Origin: Octopus vulgaris
Taxonomy: Eukaryota
NCBI GenBank assembly: GCA_951406725.2
Contig: OX597816.1
Location: forward strand, 129,704,001 to 129,768,000
DNA: 64,000 bases
Reading direction: 5' to 3'
Translations under genes and position numbers: made by a program
Shown here: in pieces, positions 50,655 through 64,000 of the stretch
How positions within the stretch are numbered: the first letter of the stretch is position 1
How the letters are laid out: each line of letters begins with the position of its first letter
The notes under the pieces: generated by a model
What the model saw: the letters and a program-made list of their open reading frames with translations, nothing else
What the model was told of the DNA's origin: nothing
Databases searched by the model: none

Positions 50655-51785
50655 GGCTATAATACATATGATGATATAATATGCAATATACGATGATATT
50701 GGGGAGTAGGAAACAGCTCTATCGTATATATTGCATGTGTGTGTGTGTGTGTGTGTGTGTGTAATCGAAAACTTTCAGACACTTTATTTGATTATTCGCA
50801 AAATTTTGAATAATATATTTGTAAAATTATTTTGTTTAAAATCCAGAAACCGAGAATGAAAACATATAAAGAAGAAATGTCTTATTCATGATATGCTATA
50901 AATACATTATGTTCGTGGACACGACGGCTGTAGAACTTTTATCAGCCATTTTATATACGTTTGTCGCATGATCATCCACTTGGTATTAACTAATATAAGA
51001 AAGTATGATTGCATATTTCTCAGTCTGATAAAGTGCATCTTTCTAAGGAATACTAGACTGAAGAATTAAGCTTGTCCTAAAATAACAAATCAGATGATAT
51101 GGAGGAATTCAGACGTTTTCGCATAAATTAATATTCATTTTGAAGCACGAAAATATTAAAGCACGAAAATAACTACACAAGATGCTATACTCACGGCTAG
51201 ATTTAGATTTGTTGAGGCCCTAAGCTACATAAATCGTCGAGCCCTCGTGTTATAAAAAAATTACATCAGAATACCTCATAGAAATTGAAATTGTATCACC
51301 CTTTAAATTATTTTGAGTTCCCTATGGATTATGAACCTCTGAACTGTAGCTTTATATCTAAATCCGGCGCTGACTGCGACACAACAATATTTCAGTATTA
51401 TCAAGTTTTAATGTATTTATTATGTCACTAAATTATTTTAATGACTATTTACAACAATATCATCAGAGATTAACCTATATCCATGTTACTCATTTTAAGT
51501 GAACGAGTAGTTTTAAACAACCAGTTATTCGAGAAGCTCTTCAGTCCCAAATGCAAGATTAAAATACTAATAACACTAGCGGGAGAAGAAGAGATATGCT
51601 GCATAACTTTAGAACTCATTACAGAGTATTTAGAAGAAAGAATAAGCAAGTAAATGGACTATCCGTAGTAGAGGGGAGAGTTAGAAGGAAATATTGTGTT
51701 GTTTCTATGGTGTTGAGTCTAAATTAGTCAAATATTTTGTCTGGCTCTCTTCCGTTTCTCCCTTCCCACTGCCTTCAGATATGCA

Positions 51786-52998
51786 CAGACATGACAGAAG
51801 TAAATAGACACCCTTACAATCATTAAATTTATTTAAATCTAAAATGATATATTCAAATTATTTATTAATTGTTATAATGTGAATATTTAATATTTAGTAG
51901 ACATGCTCTTTGCATTTTTCAATGCAAGGACCCTATCATGCATGTTGCTGGTCAGATGACGACTATTCTCTTGCGGAATTTCTTGACAAGTTTCATGCAG
52001 TAATCTCAAAAGATCCGGCTTTAAAGATACTTTCTTGTTTGCTTTTTATGAAGTGTCCTGTCCATTATGTCCCAGAAGCGTTCAATAGGGTTCATATCTG
52101 GTGACCAGCTTGGCTATGGAAGCTTTTAAATGTCATTCTCATCCAACAAATCTTGGGTCATTTTAGCCGCGTGGCAAGGAGCCCCATCTTCCATAAATAG
52201 TCTTCTTTAATCACTTCAACACTGGAGAAGATCGGAAGGAGTCCTTTCTGCAATATAGACACATATTTATCTGAGTTTATGTTTCCCTCATACTCTACCA
52301 GCTCTGATCAGCCATTGCTCCAAATTGCTCTCCAGATCATTACAGAATAGCTGCCGTGTTTCATTGTTGGCTTCAATCTTTTCACATCAAATTCTTGATC
52401 ACAGAGTCTCCAAACCCACACTCGACCACTGCCAGGAAATACAGCAAATTTGGACTCATCAGAGAATATGACAGTATCCTAAAATACTACTGGCCTTTCC
52501 ACCATCACACTGGCCCAATCTTTTCTCCGCTGGTCGAAGAAGTGGCTTCCTTCTTGCTGCTCTACCATTGTAACCAATTTTGTGGAAATACCTCACAGCT
52601 GTTATGGGACTGACATCAATTTGTTCTACTATGACAGAAGCCTTGCAACGAGAATTATCCGCCAAACTTCTCATAACAAATATAAAGATCCTGTCCTGGT
52701 TGATCTGGTGATGTGGACTCCTTCTCCTCTCTGGTGAATTGCGCAATCACTCTGTTAACTGTAGAAAGCGGTATCCCAAGGTTTTCTGTGATTTTACGCT
52801 GTCCACCTTCAGAATGGCACACAGCCTCTTTGAAATTCAGACAGTTCCAAGGCTTCTTTTGCACATGGCATGATTAAGCAGTCACGTATAGAACTTGAAA
52901 CATAAAATTGTCAATTAATAAAAAATATAAACCTTTACAAGTTAGAATAAACATAAAACGATGTTTTAAGGAGTGTCTATTTACTTCTGTCGTGTCTG
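51786..52998 (-). mobile_element. Tc1-family DNA transposon with TIRs and a decayed transposase
   Basis: TIR cagacatgacagaagtaaatagacac matched at the right end, which is followed by TA. Fragments [48 protein letters not shown]. Confidence 0.9.
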
Positions 52999-53159
52999 TA
53001 TATTTCACCAACAATATTTTATCTTTTGCGTGTTTCATTCATTGGACTGCGGTGGTGGTGGTGGTGGTCACGATTGTTGTGGAGGTGGTGGTGCTGGAGT
53101 GGCAGTGGCGATTGGTTAGTGAAAAATGTATTTTTAAAATTGGACAAAGTTTTTTTATA

Positions 53160-53509
53160 TCACCTATCACTTAACTCATGCGCATAAGTGCAATTCCGTG
53201 AAATATCCACGCTTGTTTATGTGGCAGATATATGCAATTTAACTAAAGATTGTATCATATGTACGGGAAAAATAAGAGTGAGCATTTATTTTATGAGTGT
53301 TGTATATCAAGTCTATGAAATTGTGCATAAAGTATATAAAGTGCATATATAAAGTGCAGTAAGTAATCATCGTATTATAATTTCTTTTACTTTTCAATGA
53401 GTAACAGACACAACACAGGCTACGCTTTCAGGTTTTTTTGGATAAAGTTTTCAGAAATAACCCAATAGGTTTACCATCAATTCCGTGAAATAACCACGGG
53501 TCCCGCTAG
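53160..53509 (+). mobile_element. Non-autonomous Helitron
   Basis: A|TC start. 3' hairpin ccgtg-aaataac-cacgg (53483-53499) followed by CTAG|T. The hairpin motif is repeated internally at ~53191-53211. Confidence 0.7.
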
Positions 53510-53792
53510 TAGGATATATTATGTAGGATATTTTATGTAATGGTCTGTAGTTAAATATCGTTGTTTTACCTGGCTGGTATTGGACTTGAAAAGCGAACAC
53601 CGTAAATGCGAATGGCAAAAGAAAACAAAATGCAGATGACTGTAGAGAAGGCCTTCTCGTGAGTGATTAACAATACTCAGAAGAATGGTTTAAATTGAAA
53701 TCAATAACAAACCAATATCAGCCAATTACTATTGTTCAAATACACTGATCAATCGGTTTCCTCGCCGATATTTGCTGACATATATCGGAAAA

Positions 53793-53859
<67 letters not shown>

Positions 53860-53981
53860 GTGCGTGTGTGTCTGTATGTCTGTGTGTCCACCACCGCTTC
53901 ACATTCTGACTTGGTTTGCTTACGTCCCATATCTTAGCTATTCGAACCGATTGAATAAGTACCAGACATTAAAATAAGTAT

Positions 53982-54219
53982 AATTACAGCGTGGAAGGTG
54001 TTTATAAGCCATTTAAAAACACACAAAAACTGTTAGATTCACTTCAACATTTAAATTTAATTTGTCAAAATATTTTCGTCGCTTTGAAATCGCGTGAAGT
54101 GAATTTAATAGTTTTTGTGTGTTTTTAAATGACTTATAAACAACTTCCACGCTGCAATTGTTTTTGTTTCAGCACATGATCTCAGATCAAGTCACTTGGT
54201 ATGCAAGTACATCTTCGTA
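53982..54219. repeat. Asymmetric inverted-repeat insertion inside a SINE
   Basis: 65-bp arms at 53982-54046 and 54095-54159. Host sequence ttaaaataagta is duplicated on both sides. Confidence 0.8.
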
Positions 54220-54968
54220 ATTAAAAATAAGTACTGAGGTAAATTTCGTCTAAAACCTTCAAGGTGGTGCCCAGCATGACCGCAGAAAAGAAAGAAGTGT
54301 TTCAGTTCTCTCTCTCTCTCTTCGATTGCCCCTTTCTGTTCCTTGATGTTTGAATTGCTAATCTCTTTTCTACCACTTTCTTATAAATTCACATAGAATC
54401 CTCATCACGTATTCTCATTTTTTACCCCTATTTTATGTTCTCCAGCTTCTTCCTTCCTATTTTTCTAGGTTCTTCTTTTGGTCTTCCATACATCTGTGGT
54501 CATCTACTTCTCATGCCTGATTTATAGAAAGGATCCATTGTATTGTAAAGTTGTATCGCCATATACTGATCTGATAATATTTTTTCTCAATTTCCCCAAA
54601 CTCCATACATTTGTGATACACTTATGACCTTACAGCTTATTTTCGTTCTAACTGTCAGCTGCAAAGTTTGTTCTCAACAGATAACTGTATTCCGAGCCAT
54701 TGATAATGTCGGAAAGCGATGACGTTTCCTTTATTGCGAGAATGATATATATTTTATACATTTTATATATATTTTTTGTATATTTTTTATCCGAGACTAG
54801 CTTGTTTTATCAGACTGGCTTGTTTTGACGTTGACAAAACACACAGAAGTCAATCTAATCCGACCTCTTCTGTATGATGATAAAGATTTCTAGCAGACAC
54901 AAAACTGAACATATTGATAGGGTAAGGGTGTATTTAGAAAGAAAGGATATATTATAATTGTCATATCC

Positions 54969-55183
54969 AAGGCGGCGAGCTGGTAGAATCGTTAGCACGC
55001 TGGGCAAAATGCTTTGCGGCATTTCGCCTGTCTTTACATACTGAGTTCAAATTCCGCCGTGGTCGACTTTGCTTTTCATCTTTTCCAGGCCGATAAATTA
55101 AGTATCGGTTGCGTGTACTGGGTCGATCTAATCGACTAGCCCCATCACCCCAAAATTTCAGCCCTTGTGACTATAGTAGAAAG
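54969..55183 (+). mobile_element. tRNA-derived SINE, tail type C, with 19-bp TSD
   Basis: TSD tattataattgtcatatcc at 54950-54968 and 55184-55202. Confidence 0.9.
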
Positions 55184-55294
55184 TATTATAATTGTCATAT
55201 CCGTAATAAAATGGCATTATCATATAATAGATAATCCAGCTATTTCACTAACTTTTCATGAAAATTGTACTGTTTTCGATAATCAATATTAATA

Positions 55295-55435
55295 CCTGTT
55301 CCAAATTTTAGCACAAATGTAGCAATTTCGAGGAAGGGAGCTAATCGATTAGATCGACCCCAGGGCTCTACTAGTACATATTTTATCGAACCCGAAATGA
55401 TAAAAGGCAAAGTTGACCTCGGCGGAATTTGAACA
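55295..55435 (-). mobile_element. 5'-truncated SINE with 17-bp TSD
   Basis: TSD gataatcaatattaata at 55278-55294 and 55436-55452. Confidence 0.85.
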
Positions 55436-55465
55436 GATAATCAATATTAATATACATTTTAGTAA

Positions 55466-55698
55466 AAGGCGGCGAGCTGGCAGAATCGTTAGCGCGCCGG
55501 GCGAAATGCTTAGCGGTATTTCGTCTGCCGCTACGTTCTGAGTTCAAATTCCGCCGAGGTCAACTTTGCCTTTCATCCTTTCGGGGTCGATTAAATAAGT
55601 ACCAGTTACGCACTGGAGTCGATATAATCGACTTAATCCGTTTGTCTGTCCTTGTTTGTCCTCTCTGTGTTTAGCCCCTTGTGGGCAGTAAAGAAATA
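55466..55698 (+). mobile_element. Full-length young tRNA-derived SINE, tail type A
   Basis: A box tggcagaatcgttag, B box gagttcaaattcc, core gcctttcatcctttcggggtcgattaaataagtacc, tail ...gccccttgtgggcagtaaagaaata. Confidence 0.9.
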
Positions 55699-56998
55699 AA
55701 TATTTAATCCCTCTTTACATTCTGAGTTCAAATTCCGACTGTAAGATCGTGAGTTCGATTCCTGGCCGCACGTTGCATCCTTGAACAAGTCACTTTATTT
55801 CACGTTGCTCCAGTCCACTCAAATGGCAAAAATGGGTTGTCCCTATATTTTAAAGAGCCAGCCGTGTCACACTCTGTGTCACGCTGAATCTCCTTTGAAC
55901 TACAATAAGAGTACGCGTGTCTGTGTAGTGCTCAGCCAGTTACACATTAATTTCACGAGCGGGCTCTCCGTTGATCGGATCAACTGGAACCCGCGTCGTC
56001 GTAACCGGCCGAGTGCCAGTTTTACATATGTGTGTGTGTGTGTGTGTGTGTGTAAGGAATAAAATAATGATGAATATATACGTACTTACTTGCACACGAT
56101 GAACAAAATGAATAATGATCATGGTATAAATGAAATATAAAACGTGTTGGTCTGTGACTTTTGGTCCTCCTTGTACAATGGATAATATAACCTGAGGTAC
56201 ACTACACAGAAATCGACGAGCTGGACACGGCTGGAATGCCTTTCATCATATGTCTATTCAGCGAGAGTTCACTTGGGGGCTAAACAACAACGATTCGTTC
56301 TCATTTTATCGACGCCCGAGAGATGTGAGGCAGAGTTTATTCTGCACTGACTTGAACTAAAAATGTAAAGACAGAAATACTGCTGTCACTTCATTTGTCT
56401 TTGTAATGAATATTGATAAACACACCATCTTGTTTACTGTGAATCAATGTTAAATAATACCATGGATGTGTGTGCATCATGCCATTACCTCTGACATAAA
56501 GCACAAAATTATTAGATTTCTTTATTACGTGATTGTATTATTGATGACAATCTGGGAGTGTGAATAGAAGAAAGGGAAATTTGATGTTAACAATAATAGG
56601 ACTACAGTGGACGAGTAAGAAATGCAAGAAGTGACGTGACTGGCTGGTTGGCTGGTTGGCTTGCTTGCTGGCTGGGTAGATGGATGGATGGGTAGTTCTC
56701 AAAGATGGATCCTTAAAGCGAAATTGGTGGTGGTGATGGTGGTAGCAGCAGCGGCGGTGGTGAAGGTGTTGACAAGATTAATTGTAGTCAAAACATTATG
56801 CATCAAAATGGTGATGAAGAATTAACGAGGGACCGAAGTTCGCGAAGAATCATTTCTCCAATCAATAACTTATCTCAGTCATTTCTAAATTATCACATTT
56901 AATGGTGGTGGTGGTGGTGGTGGTGATGTCACAAATTGCTTTCCCAGATTGGCACATAGCCACACGCTCGAAGGAACACCTCACTACCAACCCCAATC

Positions 56999-57040
<42 letters not shown>

Positions 57041-57109
57041 ACACACACACACCCGTATATCACAAATTGAAATGACAAAGGAATAAACACTTATTTTATG
57101 AACTTCATT

Positions 57110-57192
57110 AGCTTAAAAGCTGTTTCTGCTATAAGAAGCGATGAACTCATATTTGAGTGCCTGAGCAACACCTCATAGCTTCATCGGAGCCT
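57110..57192 (-). ncRNA. Second degenerate Penelope-type hammerhead-like motif
   Basis: Minus strand: CCGATGA-A-GCTATGAG...CTTATAGC-A-GAAAC-AGCT-TTT. 8-bp stem II; core mutated. Confidence 0.35.
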
Positions 57193-57899
57193 CAAACATA
57201 TGCAATTTATTTGGGAAAACATTTAGATTTATGCATATACACCGAAAAGCATTGCTTGCATACACACACACACATATGTAAGCATGTATGTATGTATGTA
57301 TGTATGTATGTATGTATGTATGTATGTATGTATGTATGTATGTATGTATGTATGTATGTGTGTATGTATGTATGTATGTATAATGCACAATACGGAGTGA
57401 ATTAGAAGTACTGAGATAAATTTAAATTTTAGAAAGTCATTGACTGTCTATATAAGAATGTAAATAAGTCTTTGATGTGCGGAAAAAAGAGAGATTTTTA
57501 TCTTCTGATAGACCGTTTCTGGGTTCGTTGATCGCTCCTCAGAGAAGACGTACCGGGCTTCTTTCTTCAATAAAGACCATAGACATTTACAAAGATGATC
57601 AGCTGCCAGAATCATTGGTGGACAAAATGCTTAGAAGCATTCCTTCCGACTTCATATGTTCTGAGTTCAAATTACGCCGAGATCAACTTTGCATTTCATT
57701 CTTTCGAGATCGATAAATTAAAGTACCAGTCAAGTACCGGGATCTATCTAATGGACTTGCCATTTTTCTCCCACCAAACTTACTGGCCTTGTGCCAATAT
57801 TGGAAAAAATACATATTGTTTTATATATTTTATAAAAATGTTATTATATAAAAAACATAAGAGAATATTTATTGCCTTAAAAATAACACAAAATAACCA

Positions 57900-58230
57900 T
57901 AAGCTTGATGTTTTTCTGTTTCTCCAATGTCTGTTGATAGTCTTTAGGTTTCTCCAAAGAAGGTTCAACGCCATTAGGTCTCTGATCACTGTCTTCTTCC
58001 TTCTGTTGGTATCCATCTCAATGTTGTGTTTACATATCGACGATGTACCTGACGTAGGACCTGGCCAGCAATTTACATTCTAAATTCTATCATGTCCTGG
58101 GTGTGTTGCTGACGATACTCTTTTTAAGATATCTTTGTTTCTGATATGATTGTGACGCGAAATTCTCCGGATTTTCTTGAAGTACCTTTGCGGAAAGGTA
58201 TCAGAGTTTTTGGTATTTTCATACTTTTCT
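57900..58230 (-). mobile_element. Old RTE-clade LINE 3' fragment
   Basis: Fragments DTFPQRYFKKIRRISRHNHIRNKDILKR and IAGQVLR...LRWIPTEGRR resemble the RTE C-terminus. Frameshifted. Confidence 0.55.
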
Positions 58231-59689
58231 CCCTCATTTTGGTTGCGTAATAATTATAATGTAATACTACTGTACAGCCGAATCCTGACATTGGTGACTA
58301 GTGTGTTCAGTTACAGATTTGAGATCAGATAAACAACGAAAATCCCCAGTTCGATGTATAAGAAGTGTGTGGAGGCGTGTAGTCCAAGGGTTAAATATAT
58401 ACACGCCACGGAAACCGAGAAATCGGTCCCTATGAGTATATGGAGCTCGAGAAGGATATATAGCGGGCGTATGATGTTGAGTAACTGGCAAACCAAACAT
58501 GAGGTAGATGAAGAATTGGGAATTAGGTGGAAAAAATAAAAAAAAAACAATAACAACGAGCCAATGAAGGAGTTTCTGTGCGCTCTCTCGACTCGCTAGA
58601 AATAGCAATGAAATCTACCTAAAATCACAATTTGTCATCTTTGAAAAAGGGACACATGTAGTTCCATGCAGTGTTTCTCAACAAGGTGGGGCTTGTGAGG
58701 TTTGAAAATGGGGCGCACAGTTGCCATATTTAATAAAATTATTACACAACAATGTATTTGATTTGACTGTAATATTTTCTCTCAAAGAAACTTCTCGAAG
58801 AAACTTGTGTGTTAAAGGCACAGCGCTTCGCTCAGAACGATAGTGGATCACTAGATACAATGTTTCGGCCTGATTTTGTCTCTTCAGTGACGACATTCTG
58901 AGCCAAACCGAGAATGCTTCTTCTGATATAGAAATCGGAAAACTAAGCATTTACTGACTGCTAGCCAGGCTAAAATTATAACAGTTTAAACATTTAAAAC
59001 ATGTGCAACATTATGGCGAAGAAAGAAAAATGTATATGGATGCAAACACAATTTTGTCTTCTCATTAATAAAGAGGGAAGATCCTACCTTTGTCGAAAAG
59101 AAAGAAACAAACCAATTATTTATTAATATTGAGATGGGGTTGGTATTTTCCACTTCGCAAACTGTTGGTTTACAATACCTTAAAAAGAAAGAAAGAACGA
59201 GGCGTCATACGCAAACGAATATGACCTGATAGATTGCACCACTCTTTCGCTAATTTTTTAGGTGCTTATGTAATCGCGAGCAGATAAAGAATATACCCTC
59301 TTGGCTCTCCCATATTTTAATCCAGCAGCACACCAAGGAAGTTCTTACATTACACAGGTTTTGTCTTAATCGAAGTAACAGTTTCTTTCACTCGCCATTG
59401 TACATCGGGCAATGAGGGAGGTCCACCCAACTCGGGCGCAAGCAAGATCTGTCATAAGACTGATCCCAAACCAGACCCGTATGCGTTGAATTCTCCTCCA
59501 CAGTACTCAAGCAGGTCTTGATAAATCTACCTTGCTTTCTTTTTTTTTTTTTCCCTCCACCTTCTTCCCTTCGGGCTTCTACTTGAGACAGGCTTTCACT
59601 GGCCGCTTCATGGGCAAATGTAACACATGGCCGAGACTCTTCCGCCGTTCTTACCCAGTCCCGGATTAAACAAACAAACAAACAACAAC

Positions 59690-61170
<1,481 letters not shown>

Positions 61171-62005
61171 ATAATGATGCAAAGGAGGGGGAAGAGAAGT
61201 AGAAAGAAATTAAATAATAATTATTATTATTTCTGACAATAGCTTGAAGCCACACACTGTTAGGCAGGGAAGAAGAAGTAGATTATATCACTCACCTCTC
61301 CCCAGTTCTTAACTGGCATTTATTTTATTCACCCACGGAGAAATGAAATGCAGAATAGATTATGACTAGAATACACACTATAAAGGGAAGTCACTGAAAA
61401 CTGTAAGGTATCTTGCCGGATGCTCTACTGGTTTTGCTATTAACCTCATACTAATAATCCTCATGGTTGGTGTCACAATCACGTCACGCAAAGGGAGATT
61501 ACTTCTAATACTGTTGACGTTATCTCCCTTGATGTTGTCCCCAAGGGGACAAACAAAAGTATAAACTGCTATTTATGTGTCGGTGGTGTTGGCAACATGC
61601 AGCTATCACCTATGGAATTATTGTTGAAAAGTTACCCGATGAAAATTCATAATTAGAGGAAGTAAGTAAAAGAGCCAAAATAACAGGAAAATAAGAAAAT
61701 TATATTTATCAATTCCAAAAATACTATACAGGTATGATTCACTGCAGAAATTCAGAAAGAACATTTCTTATGTAGGCATGAGGAGGCACTAACAGATCTT
61801 GGCCTTCTAAATTTTCAGTCTGTAATTTCCATGTGTTCCTGACCTTAACCCTAACTTTAACAACTAACCCACTTCTGGTCATTTCACTGCGTAGAGTACA
61901 GATACTGCGGTTGACCGTACGCTGAAATAGCATCGAAATTTCTTACGACTGGTGCGATGCTGGGTGAATCATCTAAGTTTATGAACATTAAAATATTGTG
62001 AGACA

Positions 62006-62826
62006 ATGAAGATAGCAGAAAGAACTAAACAAAATAAACAGCTTAGAAAGACAAGGAAGTTGCTGACTAGATATGGGATACTCCACTCCAAAAGTGACAC
62101 AGACAAATTGCACGTACCAAGAAAAAGAGGGGAGAGCGGACTAATTGGATGTGAACACAGTATTAGAGCAGAAGAAAACAACAGTATGGTATGTAAAAAA
62201 AATGCCACAAAACCGCTATTATTGGAAGTAAGAAGATCAAGCTTATCTAGGATGGAAGACTGCAAAGATAAAGCACTGTACAAGCACTTGAAAATTAATG
62301 AAACTGAAAATAGGTGGATAAAGAAAAGAATGCATGGTCAATTTCATAGGGATGTTGAAGATAAGATAAAGATGTAAAAAGATAAAGAATAAAAAGATGG
62401 CTAGGGATTACTAAAAGTGATTTAAAACCGGAAACGGAGGCTCTAATCTGTGCTGCCCAAAAGCAAGCATTAAAAACCAATTACATCAAATACAGAATTG
62501 ACAACACATCAGAAAGTGATAAGTGCAGAATTTGTTAAACTTGGGAGTTTAAGCAGTTGTGGTCGATGAAAAAGGTGGTAGTAGTACCAATAATTGTCGG
62601 TAGTAGTACCAATAATTGTCGGGAACAGTGAGCAAAAATCTTGAGAAGTACTTGGAACAAGTAGGGGCTGCAATAAGGGTGGAGCACTTGCAGAAAACAG
62701 CACTGCTTGGAACAGCTCGAATACACTGGATGGCGCTCGAAATATAAGGGGTGTTACCTTAATGCACTGGTAGTGAATTGCTGACACCGTAGTACATCTC
62801 CAGCGTTAGAAGCTGTGCAAAGACAC

Positions 62827-62880
<54 letters not shown>
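62006..62880 (+). mobile_element. Dong/R4-clade RLE non-LTR retrotransposon 3' fragment ending in (TAA)n
   Basis: LHVPRKRGESGL, MHGQFHR, LKPETEALICAAQKQALKT..KCRIC, then after a deletion VVVVPIIVG and LQKTALLGTARI. (taa)n at 62828-62880. Confidence 0.8.
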
Positions 62881-62881
<1 letters not shown>

Positions 62882-63094
62882 GTTTCAAATTTTGCCACAA
62901 TGGCAGCAATTTTGAGGAAGGGGTTAAGTCGATGTAATTGACCCCAGTGTACAACTGGTACTTATTTTATCGACCCCGAAAGGATGGAAAGCAAAATCGA
63001 TCTCGGCGGAATTTGAACTCAGAACGTAGCGGCAGACAAAATACCGCTAAGCATTTCGCCCGGCGTGCTGACGATTCTGCCAGTTAGCCGCCTT
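62881..63094 (-). mobile_element. Young tRNA-derived SINE, tail type B, embedded in (TAA)n
   Basis: Full head and core present, with (taa)n on both sides. Confidence 0.9.
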
Positions 63095-63140
<46 letters not shown>

Positions 63141-63141
<1 letters not shown>

Positions 63142-64000
63142 TTGGCCCACCAGGGCCAAATACAAAACATAGAGGGCGATACACAGACGAGGAACTAAGG
63201 TTAAACGTGTAAACAGCCAACAAATACAACGATTAACAATGAGATTAAATCAACAATATCCTTCCCCAATAGGCAGGGAGTTCCACAGTAAGGTGACCAG
63301 AAAGACCTCACGCACTTTGGACCCCTTAACACCAACGACTCCTCAGGAAGGCACCTTTCTTCTTTCCTTCCAGCCTGCAGGCACGCACTTAGAGTAACCC
63401 CATTCACGCGAGCCATTCTTGCCACATTCACCCACCTTTCAACGAACTTACTGTGTGACAGTACCTCCCTCTCCAGCCTCACTTTCTTTTTCAGCTGGAA
63501 CCCGAAAAAGTTAATGAGGCCTTGGCAAAAAGGAAGGTACCCGTCTCAACCTTGTCAATTGCATCTACTACACAGCCTCTTTCGCCATAGCCACCAGACA
63601 GAAAAATTGCCCTCCCTTCTCGACTAAAGGAAGGAGGTGGGGCGATCTTCACAATGGACTCGGACGATAGCTTCATCCGTCCTACACGTGACAATAACGG
63701 TTCGACAAAGCTCCACAAGTCAGCACTGTGCGGGCACTGTACGAGAGCATGCAGAACGGTTTCATCGCTCCGCGTGCATCTCGGACAAACCTGATTAACT
63801 GCACACCCATACCTGTAGAGCTTATCTCGAATCGGCAGCGCCCCCTTCCCAGTAGCACTGCCAGGCCAGGGATTTCTAGAAGTTATCTATAGTGTCCGAC
63901 ACTATCATGGTGACGTCGTCCGTATACGCCGACACGAACCTTTCGCATCCCAGTTCACGCGGGATGCCCCCCGAAACCCCCAGTTTCCGCAGTAATGGGC
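63141..64000 (-). mobile_element. Second Tx1/L1-clade LINE, decayed 3' part
   Basis: AYTDDVT near 63915-63930, then after a deletion SLAWQCY..ALPIRDKL...CPRC..SDETVLHALVQC, homologous to ORF2 at 6546-9935. Ends in hairpin tttggccc-tggt-gggccaaa then (tta)n. Confidence 0.85.

Noticed and set aside
55466-55560. tRNA gene
   Set aside because: A/B boxes are present but there is no convincing cloverleaf; it is the head of a multi-copy SINE.
63141-63160. Histone 3' stem-loop or bacterial terminator
   Set aside because: Does not match the histone stem-loop consensus, has no histone ORF, and sits at a LINE 3' end.

Overview
AT-rich, intron- and repeat-rich animal DNA. The repeat landscape (tRNA-derived SINEs, RTE, Tx1 and Dong LINEs, dense microsatellites) looks like an octopus/coleoid cephalopod genome; this is an inference. 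Two convergent host genes can be spliced by hand with consistent GT-AG phases. One is a 3-exon G2E3/PHF7/pineapple-eye-like PHD/RING gene (+, 12888-24338, ~789 aa, no HECT domain). The other is a 9-exon exosome subunit EXOSC7/RRP42 (-, 26274-42206, 291 aa). The rest is mostly mobile DNA: a young 5'-truncated Tx1/L1-clade LINE with an intact 1129-aa ORF2, a second decayed Tx1, RTE, HERO-like and Dong/R4-like LINE fragments, Tc1, Tigger, Helitron, MITEs, a probable solo LTR and many SINEs. The most interesting signals are: (1) a 3' stem-loop with a CT(T/G)GT loop and covarying stems shared by the SINE tails and a Tx1 LINE 3' end, plus TATTA/(TTA)n insertion sites, suggesting a structure-recognising Tx1-SINE system; (2) clustered SUMO-interacting-motif-like sequences where G2E3 normally has a HECT domain; (3) a PHD finger inside the RTE ORF; (4) Penelope-type hammerhead motifs; (5) a 114-bp foldback with identical arms in EXOSC7 intron 1. 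No CRISPR, rRNA or tRNA genes were seen.
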